Origin: Albugo candida
Taxonomy: Eukaryota
Direction: 5' to 3'
Length of the DNA: 63,897 bases
Assembly (NCBI GenBank): GCA_040437565.1
Contig: JBDOQK010000021.1
Span: 124,074 to 187,970, forward strand
Every line of letters begins with the position of its first letter. Positions within the stretch are counted from its first letter, which is position 1. A program made the position numbers and the translations under genes. Positions 1-13,630 of the stretch are shown piece by piece. The notes beneath the pieces were generated by a model. That model saw only the letters and a list, made by a program, of their open reading frames with translations. It did no database searches and was not told where the DNA came from.

Positions 1-1396
1 GAGTAGATGGAACCTTGAAAACGATAAAAAATTTGGAGCTTGTGATCCCTACAAATCACATCGAAAGCTTGGATTGGGAGCTTCGTGGCTGTATAGAGAA
101 AAGAAAATGTATCAACAAAAGAGATTTAAAACCTCATGTCGGAACTATCCTCAATGAGATTGAAAGTGGGAGCTTATGTATCCGAAAAGATCTTCTCGTG
201 TATGTGGACATCGGCTCACAATCAGAACTCTTTGGGTATGATCCGTTCTGTCTCACACTCAGACATTGTACCGATTTGGAACTGATAATACAGCGAACGA
301 AAATAGTTTTATTGCTGAGTCGCATCAAAAATTAAAGAAGAGCAGTGATACTAGTACACATCCGATACGACTGCCAGCTGTACTTCGAATTCTTGTGCTC
401 AAGCAGCTCACTAACGATGAGAAGATAGCATCCAATCATAGACACGAATGCAACCTGAAGGCACCGTGCATCCAAAGCGATGGAAAATCACCACGTGTTC
501 GATGAGACGGTGACGAGACCTTTTAAGTACTATCGAATATGATGGAGCGCAAATTTCTGATGCCGGGTCTATTCCCCGACCAAGGGCAAAGTTTCATTTA
601 CGATGCCTTCACCCAGTTTCCACATCTCTTCCGTTTCACTATCACACGGACCAGCGACGTCAAGCAGTCACAAACTATCATCACCTAAGTTTTGTCCCTT
701 GTTGCTCAGCAACGAAGGACGCAGTGATCGTCATTAATTCACTTTGGGGTTCAAACTCAGTTACACGCAGAATCCATTCGATGGGATTGATATGATCATC
801 AACAAAATTGGCAAGGATCTTCGCAATGGAGTCCATCTCGCTCAAGTATCGGAAGCCCTCACTAGCCTACATTGATCCAAAGAGAAGAAATTATCCGAAT
901 ATCTTCGCCTCTCAAAGTATCTCCAGGCTACAAAAGTTACACAATGCCAAATATCTGTTTCTGTCTATAAAATTATCGAATTTACGAACTCACAGAATTG
1001 GAACACAGGCGGACCTTATTGCTCCCATCCGCACAAAGGAAAAATACGGGGAAAAAACGCCTCGTCAAAAATCTGGCGGATGGATCTAATCAGCAACGGA
1101 CTAAATTAAGCGATAAACTGGAGAGGAAATCAATGAGCAGTTTGATGTGAAGCACTTTTATTGTCGAGGTGTTCAAGCGTACTTCAAGATGTATATCACA
1201 TGAATGATGGGAAGTTACGTTACATTATACTTACGATGACTTTCCTAAAAGCTAGCTATGTGATAAAATACAATGAAAGCTATATCAAAGGAGCCTGACT
1301 GTGGGTGAAGGAACTGGTTATACTGGAAAGCGGTAAATCTCTTGAGTATGTCCATCATGGTTGAAAGGGAGGTCTTAAAACGTTGTGGAGAACGCG

Positions 1397-3959
1397 TCAT
1401 AATGGGATGGGTAAGAGTGGCATAATAATGAATGTGTTGGTGGAAATCGCTTTTGCTTGATGCAAGATAAAAGCTGAGTTGGTCACTTGGTGTTTGTAGA
1501 GGCAGTGATTACGATGGAGCCATAAGGTGCGAAGCAAACAACCTCGAAGACAGTGTAGAATGGGGAGAGGAATTTGTGATGTAATGGTCTTGGTGTCGCG
1601 AGGACGCAGTCGTAGATCTTTGTACAAAAGTAGACTAGTCCAATTTAAAGGTTGATTGTAGACGAAGTTGAAGGGCTGCGAGTAAAAGGACCGTAGTATA
1701 CGAGCTAACGGACAGTCCCAAAAAAAGGTGACGAGGTGTCTCGATATCTGATCACCCATGAACGCACAAAGTAGATAGCTGATACTTGTAGCGACAACCA
1801 AGGGTGTTGTGAAGGAGACGAAAAACCAAATCGGAGCACACAGGCAATAAGTAGCGATTCAGTGAGTGTTGTTCTGTCCAAAAGTTCGGTGGTAACGAAA
1901 TGGAGAGGTTGTCGGCTGTGATACCAAGATGAGAGAAGGGGAGTATCGGTGGGGAAGGTTTTTCTATGTGTCGAAGTATCAAGTTGGTGGTGACACGATC
2001 GAGAGGCAGGGTATCTAAAGTCCAGGCATCAAAGGCTCCAAGGTAAGGTTCCGGGGGTAGAGGGCGAAAAGAGCCTGCTGACGAATAGTAGGGGATGACA
2101 GGGCCAAGCTTTGCGATCAATGTAGTAGCGACCTTGTTGATGTGTTTGGATCTAGATTGGAAGAAGAGACGGAGGGAGTCTGATGTTGGGTGGTCACAAG
2201 TACCGGCTGGAAAGTTACTGATACGGTAGATGTGTCGAAAGCAAAGATGATGACTGGTGGTAATCGTCTTCATTAGTGGGATTCGTTAGGGACCATAGCA
2301 GAGAAATTTGTTGAGCCAGAGAGGTTGACAGAGGTGTTGAGTAGGAGTTCGTTGTTGTGAGTGAAGAGAAGGTAAAAAAATTTGGCACCAGAGACGTGAA
2401 GTGTCGAGACAAGTAGCCGGGAGATGGCGCCATTTGGTAGAATTGAGTTTGACGGGGGGGAGTTGGAATTTAGAGTATGTCCAGGCCAATCCCGGCGTTC
2501 TGTAAACTGGTGGAGAAAAGTTGAAGGATAGGAGAGAACCAGTGAGGAACTTGCCTTGGAGAACGACGAATTTGTTGAAGTGCTTGTATAAGTATGGATA
2601 GACGGATACTTCGAAGGGTGGCGGTAACAGCTGGTAGGCTGAGGCCACCAAGAGAGGGTGATACGGAATGCCATAATGTGTTGAGCTGTCCTGGTGTGGT
2701 AGTCGTTGGAAGATCGATAGTAGTCTTGTTTTGCACGAAATTGTGAATGATAGGTCGTAGTCGAGCCAGTTGGTCATCGGTAAAGTGTATTATGGAACCA
2801 ACATGCCATAGAATGGGTAGGATGATAGTACGGATTAGAGTACGCGGCCGCGAATGATACGTGCCCTCCAGCGCCAAGGTAGTGCAAGTTGATGAAGTGA
2901 GTGAGAAGTTGGTCGAATTGATAAGATGAGGACGGAGTGGGACCAACGTATATACCCAATAGTTTGGTAAAGTCCGAGCTGTTAAGGAGTCGAACACCTA
3001 AAGAGGTGAAGGAAGAACGGAGGGTGTCGAGATGGGCTGACCTTGGACGGAAGGGAATGACTACTGTCTTTGATACAATCAATGTCATACCAACTGCAGT
3101 GCAAAAGGTCTGAACATATGTTAGGAATGTCGGGACGTGAGAGATGTCTAATAACAATCCAGTGACATCATCGGCAAATGCTAAGAGAAGATGGGGTGTA
3201 GGTTGTGTAGGGATTTGAATGCCGAGTGAAGAGAGACGGTGGCGAATGTAGTTGAGGAGACGTTCAATATAGACGACAAATAACCCTGGGGAGATTGGAT
3301 CACCTTACCGGACACCCGCATCGATTGAGAAGAAAGAAGAAGGCATGCCGTTGATGAGTATTTTAGAGATATTGTTTGTGTAAACGGTCGTAATCCAGTG
3401 GCAAACGCGGTGCCCAAATCCAAAGTGTCGGATGGTTGCGAGGAGGGCTTGCCGATCAACACTGTAGAAAGCTTTGGCAAAATCAAGAAAGATTGCTCCA
3501 GCATGTGGCAGGTCTGGATGATGCTGACAATAATGTTGAAGATCATGAAATTGTCTAAGGGCGTGACAAATACCGCGGCCGGGTATGAAGCCATTTTGAT
3601 CTGTATGTAAAAGATGTGAAATCACTTGATTTAATTGATGAGCGAGAATTTTTGGGCCTATTTTGCGTCTTGATTGAGTAGAGTGAGTGGTCGATAGTTG
3701 CTAGGTAGAGAACGGGTTCCACCTCTAAAAAGTAGGGAAATGAAGCTGCGGCGTTAAAATTTCGACATACGTCCTTTTATGTATTGTGCGGAGTAGACGA
3801 TATTGAGTAGACGTGCCCAAGCTTCTGGAAAGAGTTGATAATATTCCGCTGGTAGTCCATCTGGGCCGGCGACTTTGTTTCAAGCAGTAGAAGTAAGAGC
3901 ATCATAGAAATCTCGGTCAGTAAACGGATCCCATGAATGATGGGTAGGCACTTATTCAC
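1397..3959 (-). mobile_element. Degenerate L1/Tx1-like non-LTR retrotransposon ORF2 (reverse transcriptase plus C-terminal zinc-binding region)
   Basis: Minus-strand fragments across frameshifts: KSP(G)PDGL-like, NYRPLTLL, DQNGFIPGRGI, IFLDFAKAF, GVR*GDPISP (stop in motif), AFADDVTG near 3170, LLGIYVG, GGLSLP, C-terminal HLVTFFWDCP. Confidence 0.9.
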
Positions 3960-4584
3960 AAAGTGATAGGAGACACATGGCTAATATGTCAAGCAGACTA
4001 GGTAATACAAAGAAAGAAGAGCTTCAAATCCTGGCAATGTTACTCCAGATGAAACGAACTCGATCTAGACAAGAAATATCAATGGCTTAACGTTTAACTA
4101 TGCTCGATCATGCCTAGATATGCTTGGTGAACAAGGCCTGAGTCGCACTTTTTTCCATATACTGGCGAAGTTTGCAGCATTTATTACTTAGAGAGGACAT
4201 TATACCAAAGTTGAATTCCAGTATACTGATCATGTTGACATAAGCACCTTATTATAGTAGATGTGATTCCTGCAAAAATATAGATAGTGGGTCACGGGAG
4301 ACGACAAACCATGCCAGATTATACAAGACATACGAATATTTATGAGACATACCGACTCCACAGTAGTTCAGTGCTTTCATCCTTTTGCCTTTACTTCTCA
4401 ATGCGTAGTAGAAACTAACGATGGTACAAAGAATGTATGCTGTGCTACGGTTTTACAAGATCGTTGTTCTTAAATTGGGATTATAAAAAGTATACCAAAT
4501 TAATAAATAAATAGAAAAGATATACCAAGGCTGTATACGATCTGTACGGATATACACATTACACATTTCAATACCAGTGACGGA

Positions 4585-5911
4585 AAGCGAGGACGAAGAA
4601 CAGAAAAGTAGCAGCAGCTACTTCGAGAACAAGAGTTATGCCAATAAGAGGGATATAATTCAGGCAGTAATTGAGTACAACCGAGATTGTAAACCTCCGT
4701 TTCGTGTTAAGTAGCAAAAGCCGTTATAAAATAGTGTGTGCACAACATGGCTGTTTGTTCGTTGTGCAGTTTGCCTTTTCGCAGACATTCATCCCTGCAA
4801 TGAAGCTTTCTTTGCACTACTGTGAAGGATCAGAATTGTCAAAGGCGTCTCGTAGATAAACAACTTGCGAAACAAAATTGCTTTAAATCCTGTAGTCAAA
4901 GATATGGCCATAACTCCGGTATGAAAGTGACTTCGTGATGATACAAACGAAATTGAGGAACGAAGGGATTTCCGCCCCATAGATGAACTGTTCTCACGCA
5001 CTAAAAAAGTTGAAGCTTGACTTAAACGGAAGTGATATTGAGCAACACAGCCGCATTACATCCTATATGGCTGCACTAAACATTCGAGGCCACGAAGACA
5101 AGCTTGAAATCGTAGATGATGAATTCATGCGGTTGAGCATCATTTTCCGAGAAGGGCTTCGAGCATACAAGTCATACAGTGAGCGTGCGATATCCGTGAA
5201 CGGCACATTCAAGAAGACATCAATCGGAAGGGACTCCTTGTTGCGTGCTTTCGAAATGGAAACAACGAGATCCAAATTATCGGAGTTGGGCTCGTGTCGG
5301 TAGAGAATGAAGATAAACGAAGCCTGGTTTTTGAAGTTCCTACTTTCTCACCTCCAGCCATCTCCTGCNNNNNNNNNNNNNNNNNNNNNNNNNNNNNNNN
5401 NNNNNNNNNNNNNNNNNNNNNNNNNNNNNNNNNNNNNNNNNNNNNNNNNNNNNNNNNNNNNNNNNNNNATGAATGCTCGAGTTGTTGCTACATCGTCGCA
5501 ATCCGCACAGGGGTGGGGATTATCCCGGTGAAGTTTGAAGTTCAATTTCGCGATGAAGTTTTGCGATACTCGTGTGGGTACTTCAAGATGTTGGATCGCC
5601 TTGCATTCTTGCATTACTAGCATTAAATCATATCAGGAAATTGCCCAACATGGTTACTTATTTTCATGACTCCTAGAAATCATCGACGTATGCGGGCGCT
5701 TATTCTGAGAGATCCTACGATAACATAATGTCAATCGTGCTGAGAAATGATCTCTCAAGAGGTGTGTGTAAAACTCCATATATTCTAAGAAAAGAAGGGC
5801 ACCCAAGGAAGAAGCGGAGTTCATCACAACAAGCCACTGAGAAAATGGAAAAGCGCCGAACGGGATGTGGAACATGCAACCATTTGTCCATAATCGTAGG
5901 AGCTGTCCGAT
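4585..5911 (+). mobile_element. Degenerate MuDR/Mutator (MULE) transposase, interrupted by an N-gap
   Basis: ISVNGTFKKTSIG, then shifted LVACFRNGNNEIQIIGVGLVSVENED and AWFLKFL (MULE DDE-type core). SWIM-like SCGYF..GSPCI after the gap; C-terminal GHPRKKR...CGTCN..HNRRSCP knuckle. Confidence 0.75.
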
Positions 5912-6258
5912 AAGGGACGCATAATTGTATGCGTCGTTATCCTCACTACATAGTGCATCATTGATCAGAGGTTTTTCATCGAAGACTCCATTTTCCTCGT
6001 TATATACCTAAGCGTGTGAATATCCATCAGTATAGTATACAGCTTTGGTATACTTATTTTATTTATATATTGTCAATTTCAAGGAAAATCAAAATTTTGT
6101 GTTTTTTTTTTTTGCGATTTTTTGCAGTTGTCACTCCTTATACCAGCCTCCCGTCAACCCCCTTCTTTGCTACGTGACCGTTACACACCACGACACATCT
6201 CAGCAGCTCTGCTAGAGATCAAGAGAACGCGCATATTCTCTATTCTTCTTTCCACCAT

Positions 6259-7380
6259 TGAACGTCAGCACGCTTCGGAAAACACGAAGTCACACGCTCT
6301 GTATGCCTACTACTTACTGTGATTTACAAAGACGAGAGTTTCTACAGTCTACCGAAAAGCACGTCTACCCTCAGCGCCTTGATCGAGGCATACGAGAAGA
6401 CTGTCTCTATTGCACGTCAATTCACAGAAGTTCCAAAGCAAAAGTATAACGCGGATAAGCGCGAATGGTTGCGTTGTTATATAATCAGCAACCCACTTTT
6501 GTACCTAAACGAGACCAAGCAAGGTTTCGATGTGAAGTGAGATACGGACATCAGCTGCTCGACGTTTTGGCGAATCCTTCGAGAGTTCAACTTCAAATAT
6601 AAATTCAGTCTCTAGATTACATAGCGAGAAATGTTGATGTGGTCTAAAGCTTGATTTGGTATTATAAAACGCGAATACTACATGATAGGTTCTGGAACGC
6701 TGCGCAATCAATATCAAACAATCGGATATCATTCTCTTTGAATGTGAGATCAATGCTGTTGTTTGGACGCATTTTACTTTGACATTTTTGAACGAAGTAT
6801 CATTCGATAATTGCACGATGTTGAGAAAGAGAGGGTATGCCTTGAAGGTACTCATAGCGGATATGTCATCTAGGGGCAAAAGCTGTTCTATCGAGGCGAA
6901 TTCACCAGAATGCTAGGAACATCCTTGCTCTGCTTCATCGGGTGTGAAGGTCTTTGGATACTTACATGATTGACGGAACATTTGATCGAAGCAAGTTCAT
7001 GGACTGCTGCCGTAACTTTTCCCTTAAGTCAGGCAAGGTACAAAAAACACAGGAATGCAATCTGTGTGGGTTGCTGACGGCGCGCGGATTCATTGCCAAC
7101 CAAGTTCACTAATTACCGTATACCCATATTTTTGCCTGTGAATTGTCCTTTTACAATCCCATTGAGGTTATGTTTCGATTAATCAAGAAAAGCATGCAGC
7201 GAATTACAAAGAAGGCTCAGTCAAGGCGCGAGATGTGTCTACGGCAATTTCCTCAATGCTTGAACCATATAGAAATTATAACATGCACAATCTGTTCCGT
7301 AAATGCGGATATTCCCTATCAGAACGATTTAACCCTGGTGTAGGATACAATAATTTAGTTCATCTTTCTGAACTAGGCTT
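6259..7380 (+). mobile_element. Degenerate Tc1/mariner-IS630 DDE transposase
   Basis: Frameshifted fragments: LTFLNEVSFD (first-Asp region), DGTFDRSKF, SVWVADGARIH (second Asp), SFYNPIEVMFRLIKK (SPxxNPIE motif). Confidence 0.7.
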
Positions 7381-9699
7381 TGAATAAGAAACCACACTTC
7401 TCAATTGTTTATATTCTGCATGATCTAGATATATTTGAGTAGAGGTATCTTGAAGAATCGCTTGACTGTCAGCAGTTTCAACGGGTTTTATTGTCGAATG
7501 CCACAATCATCAGGCGGTGACGGGCCATACTCTGCTCTCAAGCCTTAATTCGCAACAAAAATCCGTACGAACGGACTTGATCACATTAACTTGCTCAGCA
7601 AAGTCATTAATAATTGCTAATGCAACCGAATTGTTCTGTTGTGCAGACTGTACAACAGCATATCCATCCCTTGGCGAGTGCCCAAATAGACGGAACATTT
7701 GGATTGGTGGGGGCCGCTCAATTGCAGCTGCCTGCAACGTCACGGGTCCACGGACAATCTGCGACGACAGATTTGCCAATTGATGTGCTCCGACGCATAT
7801 ATTGTACCCCACCTTGACAAGAGCTGCTGCGTAACATCGGTTACAACTGATTGTGCAGCTGCTCCAGCCCCGTCCGTCTTCTTTGGGGCTAACACGGCGG
7901 CGCTGAATGTATAAAACTGTGCAGCTTATGCAGCATTAAATCCATACTTGAACAGATGAAGTTGCGAGTTGGTGTTGGGACGCAACCAAACCTGGAGCGA
8001 TGCGGTTGTTATATCCATGGAAAGCAAGACTTTGACCTTAAGCATTTACCGCTCACAAAATAAGTCTGTTTCACTGACTTTCAACTTGGTAGGTACTAAA
8101 CAACTGTACCATGTCTGCTTTCTCGAGCGCCTCTTCACGCATTGTCCAACTCGATTTGCTGTTGTTTACCGTCAAGCCAAAAAAATGTTCCTGTGCCTTT
8201 TCCCAAAGTTCATTTAAAAATCCCTGTAATGTGGAAGTATTGATTGTCCACATGCCAAGCTATTCTGCCGAACGAGTCTGCAGCTCTGCAAGACTTGATA
8301 CTGACGTTGAACTTCACACGGAAGAGTTCATTGGTTTCTTCAGATTCATCAACTCCTTGTTGCAAATGCAGTAAATGTGCTATCCTCGGGTGTAGTTGTT
8401 GACGTGGAGGGCGACGGGGATGCTGACAAGGAAAGCGACATAGACCTGGATGGGTGAGAAGAAGGAGAGGTGTTTTGGTGTTGGTCGGATGGTTCAAGGT
8501 TACGCTGCTACGGTGGACGGGCGTAGGGTGACAAAGGGGTACCAGATAAAAGATGTTACGGCGTGGAAGGCATGTTGGGCGGGTTGCGGTAGGAGGTTTG
8601 GGGTGGGTGGCTCTGGCAAAAAAAGAAACGCAGCGGTGTTTTTTATCGGACGCAGGTTTCGATTTCAAAAAAAAAACGAAATATCAAATTGGTATATTTT
8701 TTGGGAGCTGCAATCCGAGCATCCCCCACCCTGCTACCCGGCCCCCTCCTATCATCGCATATATTCTTATATTCTAATAACCCCCCTCATCATCAAATAT
8801 GAGTCAACACCTTGTGATATTTTGGTTTGTTTATGTGTTGAGTTCGGCGTTTAAGTTTTGGTAAAGGGAGATGCGTTGACATGAATTCCCATCGACGTAT
8901 AATTCAAATATCCAAATGCTATGACCGCTGAATCTATCGTTGATATACTAATTGGTTTGAAAGGGTGTGTAATGAACGGGAAAGGTGTCATAAAAATAAG
9001 AGCGAAGGATAAAATTCTCCATAGCCTGTACACTCCTAATTCCCACCTGCTCATATCTATCTACTCATTTTCATTTCAAGGTTCCCAGCTGGGCCAACAT
9101 TCCCGCGCGGAATTCTTGGGCATGCGGGACATCTTCGGCGAAATCGCTATCAATTTCAATAGCCTGAAAAAAATCCTGTAAGAAGAAATCATACACGTAT
9201 CATTGTGGCTTACCTTAACGCCATTTTCTTGCACTTTTTCGCTATTGGTAATTGTCATTGTGATGGGATGAGTCTGGAAAAAACGCAGATGTCAGTTAAA
9301 AAGTATCAAAGGGATCTTAAGACAAATCCGCATGCATGAATGCAGTTGACTTACAACATCGCGCACTATTCAAGCAGCACGGTCGTTCAATGACGTCATA
9401 GCGACGGACAGTCAGCCGTGGTTGAACTATTTCAATGTCGCGTGGACCACAAATCGACTTTATACTAATAGGGAGACGTTAAGTTGGAGGAGGGCTGCGG
9501 TCATGTAGCACATATCTGATGTAAAGGGTAAGGGGTGTCCCGTGTAGGATGTGCCGCGCAAAAAAATACAATCTATTCATTAACCTAAATAAGGGGGGGN
9601 NNNNNNNNNNNNNNNNNNNNNNNNNNNNNNNNNNNNNNNNNNNNNNNNNNNNNNNNNNNNNNNNNNNNNNNNNNNNNNNNNNNNNNNNNNNNNNNNNNN

Positions 9700-10482
9700 G
9701 CAGGAGATGGCTGGAGGTGAGAAAGTAGGAACTTCAAAAACCAGGCTTCGTTTATCTTCATTCTCTACCGACACGAGCCCAACTCCGATAATTTGGATCT
9801 CGTTGTTTCCATTTCGAAAGCACGCAACAAGGAGTCCCTTCCGATTGATGTCTTCTTGAATGTGCCGTTCACGGATATCGCACGCTCACTGTATGACTTG
9901 TATGCTCGAAGCCCTTCTCGGAAAATGATGCTCAACCGCATGAATTCATCATCTACGATTTCAAGCTTGTCTTCGTGGCCTCGAATGTTTAGTGCAGCCA
10001 TATAGGATGTAATGCGGCTGTGTTGCTCAATATCACTTCCGTTTAAGTCAAGCTTCAACTTTTTTAGTGCGTGAGAACAGTTCATCTATGGGGCGGAAAT
10101 CCCTTCGTTCCTCAATTTCGTTTGTATCATCACGAAGTCACTTTCATACCGGAGTTATGGCCATATCTTTGACTACAGGATTTAAAGCAATTTTGTTTCG
10201 CAAGTTGTTTATCTACGAGACGCCTTTGACAATTCTGATCCTTCACAGTAGTGCAAAGAAAGCTTCATTGCAGGGATGAATGTCTGCGAAAAGGCAAACT
10301 GCACAACGAACAAACAGCCATGTTGTGCACACACTATTTTATAACGGCTTTTGCTACTTAACACGAAACGGAGGTTTACAATCTCGGTTGTACTCAATTA
10401 CTGCCTGAATTATATCCCTCTTATTGGCATAACTCTTGTTCTCGAAGTAGCTGCTGCTACTTCTTTGTTCTCCGTCCCGCTT
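9700..10482 (-). mobile_element. Second, inverted copy of the MULE transposase fragment
   Basis: 9700-10462 is the reverse complement of 4606-5368 (mirrored identical ORF translations); similarity continues with mismatches to about 10482. Confidence 0.85.
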
Positions 10483-13400
10483 AGGCATGAGCTTACTGAA
10501 GTAGCTTGTTTTCCTGAGTTGTGTATTTTTGTCGCCCGGTTGTGGAATACACTATCAATCTAAGCAAAAAGGCCAAACAAACAAGATCTATACATCAACA
10601 GCTAGAATACAAATGCCTGAGAGGCTGGAATCGTATTGCTGAATCAACAAGTACTGCTACTGGAGAGTAAAATAAATATTGGATATCTTATCTTTCTTGA
10701 AGCTTGTACCAAAATTACGCGTAGGTCTACATAGCTCCTACTTTCAAGTATGGACACTATTATTTAAATCCATTATCGCAAGAGCAAGAATCTTCTCGCA
10801 TGCATTCTTGGTGGAACATAACGTCTTATATATTTTCGAAGTGAGGTCCGGACGGTCTAGACGACCCATTGCTCTGAAATATTCAGTTGGAATAGAATTA
10901 TCTACTGATGGCTGGTGCAATAATCGAGACCAGATTCCGATGATCTAGGTGATTTACGAGTTTCAATTAATGAAGATTCTCGAGGATGATGGAAGACAAA
11001 TCTACTTCTATAAACTAACCAAAAGAATGCTGGCAATGGAAGAGGATCATTTGGAAGGTATCAGTTATATTATCGTTTCACATGCGCTCTTTTTATAGCT
11101 TTCTAGACGTGTCCAAACTATTGTTAATTGTTGATAATGGCCCACAAATAAAGAGACTGATCTTCAGGAAACTTTTATTACCATATAACCATTAATGTGC
11201 AATTCTTAGCATTGTCCCTTCACTATGCGCTTTGAACATTTATATAGATTCCTTATAGTGCTTCATGCTAAGGCTAATCGCAATGCCAATAAAATGTGGA
11301 CAAGAAAATACATTGACCAGCAAAGGGAACGTTCACATTCAGGTATGGAACAACTGCATAACGTTTTGGCGATCTTCTTGTGCAATAAGGGGGCTGTCAA
11401 ATCAATAAGACATAATGCATTTGCATGAGTTCAGTCGATGCATCCACATTGGCCATCTTGCAGATATACAAATCCTGGCTACCAACACTTATTTCGAGTG
11501 TATGTGACCTTTAACATGCTCATAGGAGACTTCACAACGACTTCAATAAACTAGTTTGATTAATTCACTCAAGTTTACTCCCTTTGACTGGCTTAATACG
11601 CTATTTTGAATGGCGACGAAAGTATCAGGAAACAGCGCACCTTCCATACGATCTTAGCGTGCGATAAACATTGCGATCGCTCCTAAGCAATATTCTAATT
11701 AACGATCATTGCGCAAACATAAAGAACGTGAAACTAGCATCGATGGAGCTTTTTCTACTCCATTCAGTTACTGAAAGATGAAAGCTGCGTAGTGGCGTCC
11801 CATAGTGAGTACGTCCCCTAAGTTCTAACGCGACAGAGCTGGTGAGATTAATAAATTAAGAATTTAATGGATCAATCAGATCCAGCAAGTGCAAATGTAC
11901 TACCGATTTTGAATTCTTACAAATCGACTCATTTTCGTCAAGAACTTGGACAATTAAGGGATTTCTTATGGATAATCGCAAATTCTGCAGTGTTAATTTA
12001 ACATGTTTACCCCCCCCCCCTCTGCGCGCTTCGCCTGGACGGAACGCAAAATGACTGTATCATCGCATCTTTACATTTACAATCAATCGGATAGAATGCG
12101 GAAATGGGGTGACCATGTCAAATTAATTCATTTTATCAAAAGCAGAGAACGAACATATTCAGCTCACTGGATCAACAATAGTTGTTTATAGATTCGACGA
12201 CAGATGGATGGGTTGAAGGATCTCTTTCATCATATATAGGAACCAGAAACTTCTCATGAATGAAATAGTCGCATTGATGCGCGCTGTCGCGATCGGTCAC
12301 NNNNNNNNNNNNNNNNNNNNNNNNNNNNNNNNNNNNNNNNNNNNNNNNNNNNNNNNNNNNNNNNNNNNNNNNNNNNNNNNNNNNNNNNNNNNNNNNNNNN
12401 CGAAAAATGTCATAACACCATCAACTCTTTCTCGAACGGGGTGAGAGTGAAGAACATTTGAATCACGGACAAAAGATGAATGCTGAATAACAAATTCAAG
12501 TGAATTCGAATAGTCTTCAGGTGTTGACTGTAGCGGAAATGAGTTTCTTGCGCACAACAAATGAGGTATTTCGATAGTATGTGCTATATAAACAGGTGAA
12601 CATTTGTTTTGATTTCGTTCGTGTTGACGGAAGGAATGTTCTTATTGTTCCATGAGGGCTGGTCGGACGAGCTTCCCTTCACAATCGGAAGATTGTGCTC
12701 CTGTAATAATAGTTGGTAATCTGTCTACCTGCTGCAGCTGTTGGATAGCTGCATCTTTGGGGAAATATTTCGTCGATAATTGGAGAACTTTCCAAGTCGT
12801 CCAATCACTGACTATCCCATTGCGCGTTAAATCAATAAATTGGATAAATCGAGACAAGTGGAGAACGCAGAAGCTGTAACAACACGTTTGTGTGAGACAG
12901 ACGGTGCTGGTGTGTTGGGATCCAGTTCAACGACTGAATAATGATGTACTCGATCCACTGATCACTGTGGTAGATCCCCGGTATTGTGCAATTAAAATCA
13001 GCTCGAAAAATACGAGTGATTGTGTCGCTCGACTGCATAACTCAGCTGCCCATGAAACTTTCCACCAGTGTACCGCAGACTCAATTTAGTCCTGTCGCTT
13101 TACAAATTCTTTTCAACGATTATTTTATACCACTTCTAGACGAATGTGGTGTCCGAAGCGTGTCTGAGCCCTAAAGAACACGATTAATAGTGTGAAATAG
13201 CACCAATTTTATAATCGCTGTACGGCATTCGTCGGTTGAGCACTCCTTGAAGTGCTATCGTATGGTACAAGGTACATTGAACTAAGCCATCGCCATAATA
13301 GCTGAAGCTAACATGCTTGTCAGCCTTCGGTACGTGAACATCTTCTTCTACGAGTTTGTTGACTTTGATTAGGTCTATTGCCGTTTTAACATCGTCAATA

Positions 13401-13630
13401 AGAGTAAACACTGCTTCATTTACACGCGCTGAAATATCACCTTTCTCGATGAGCGTGTGGTTTTTCTTGAAATAAATGGGCTGTTTTTTTGGATCCAGCA
13501 ACATGTTTGCTAGCCACGACGTTAGAAGGAAAAATGTATTAGCGTCTACGAAGGATCCTTGCGTCGCGAGCTGATATAACACTTAATCAAGCCAAATGCG
13601 TTCATCTTGGTCGTAACACTGTCTTCGATT

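Noticed and set aside
15-1089. Short ORFs at the window start
   Set aside because: No recognisable motifs; probably decayed repeat sequence.
10679-11428. Possible hAT transposase remnant (ELSTDGW, VDNG)
   Set aside because: Motifs too short and frames too broken to support a call.
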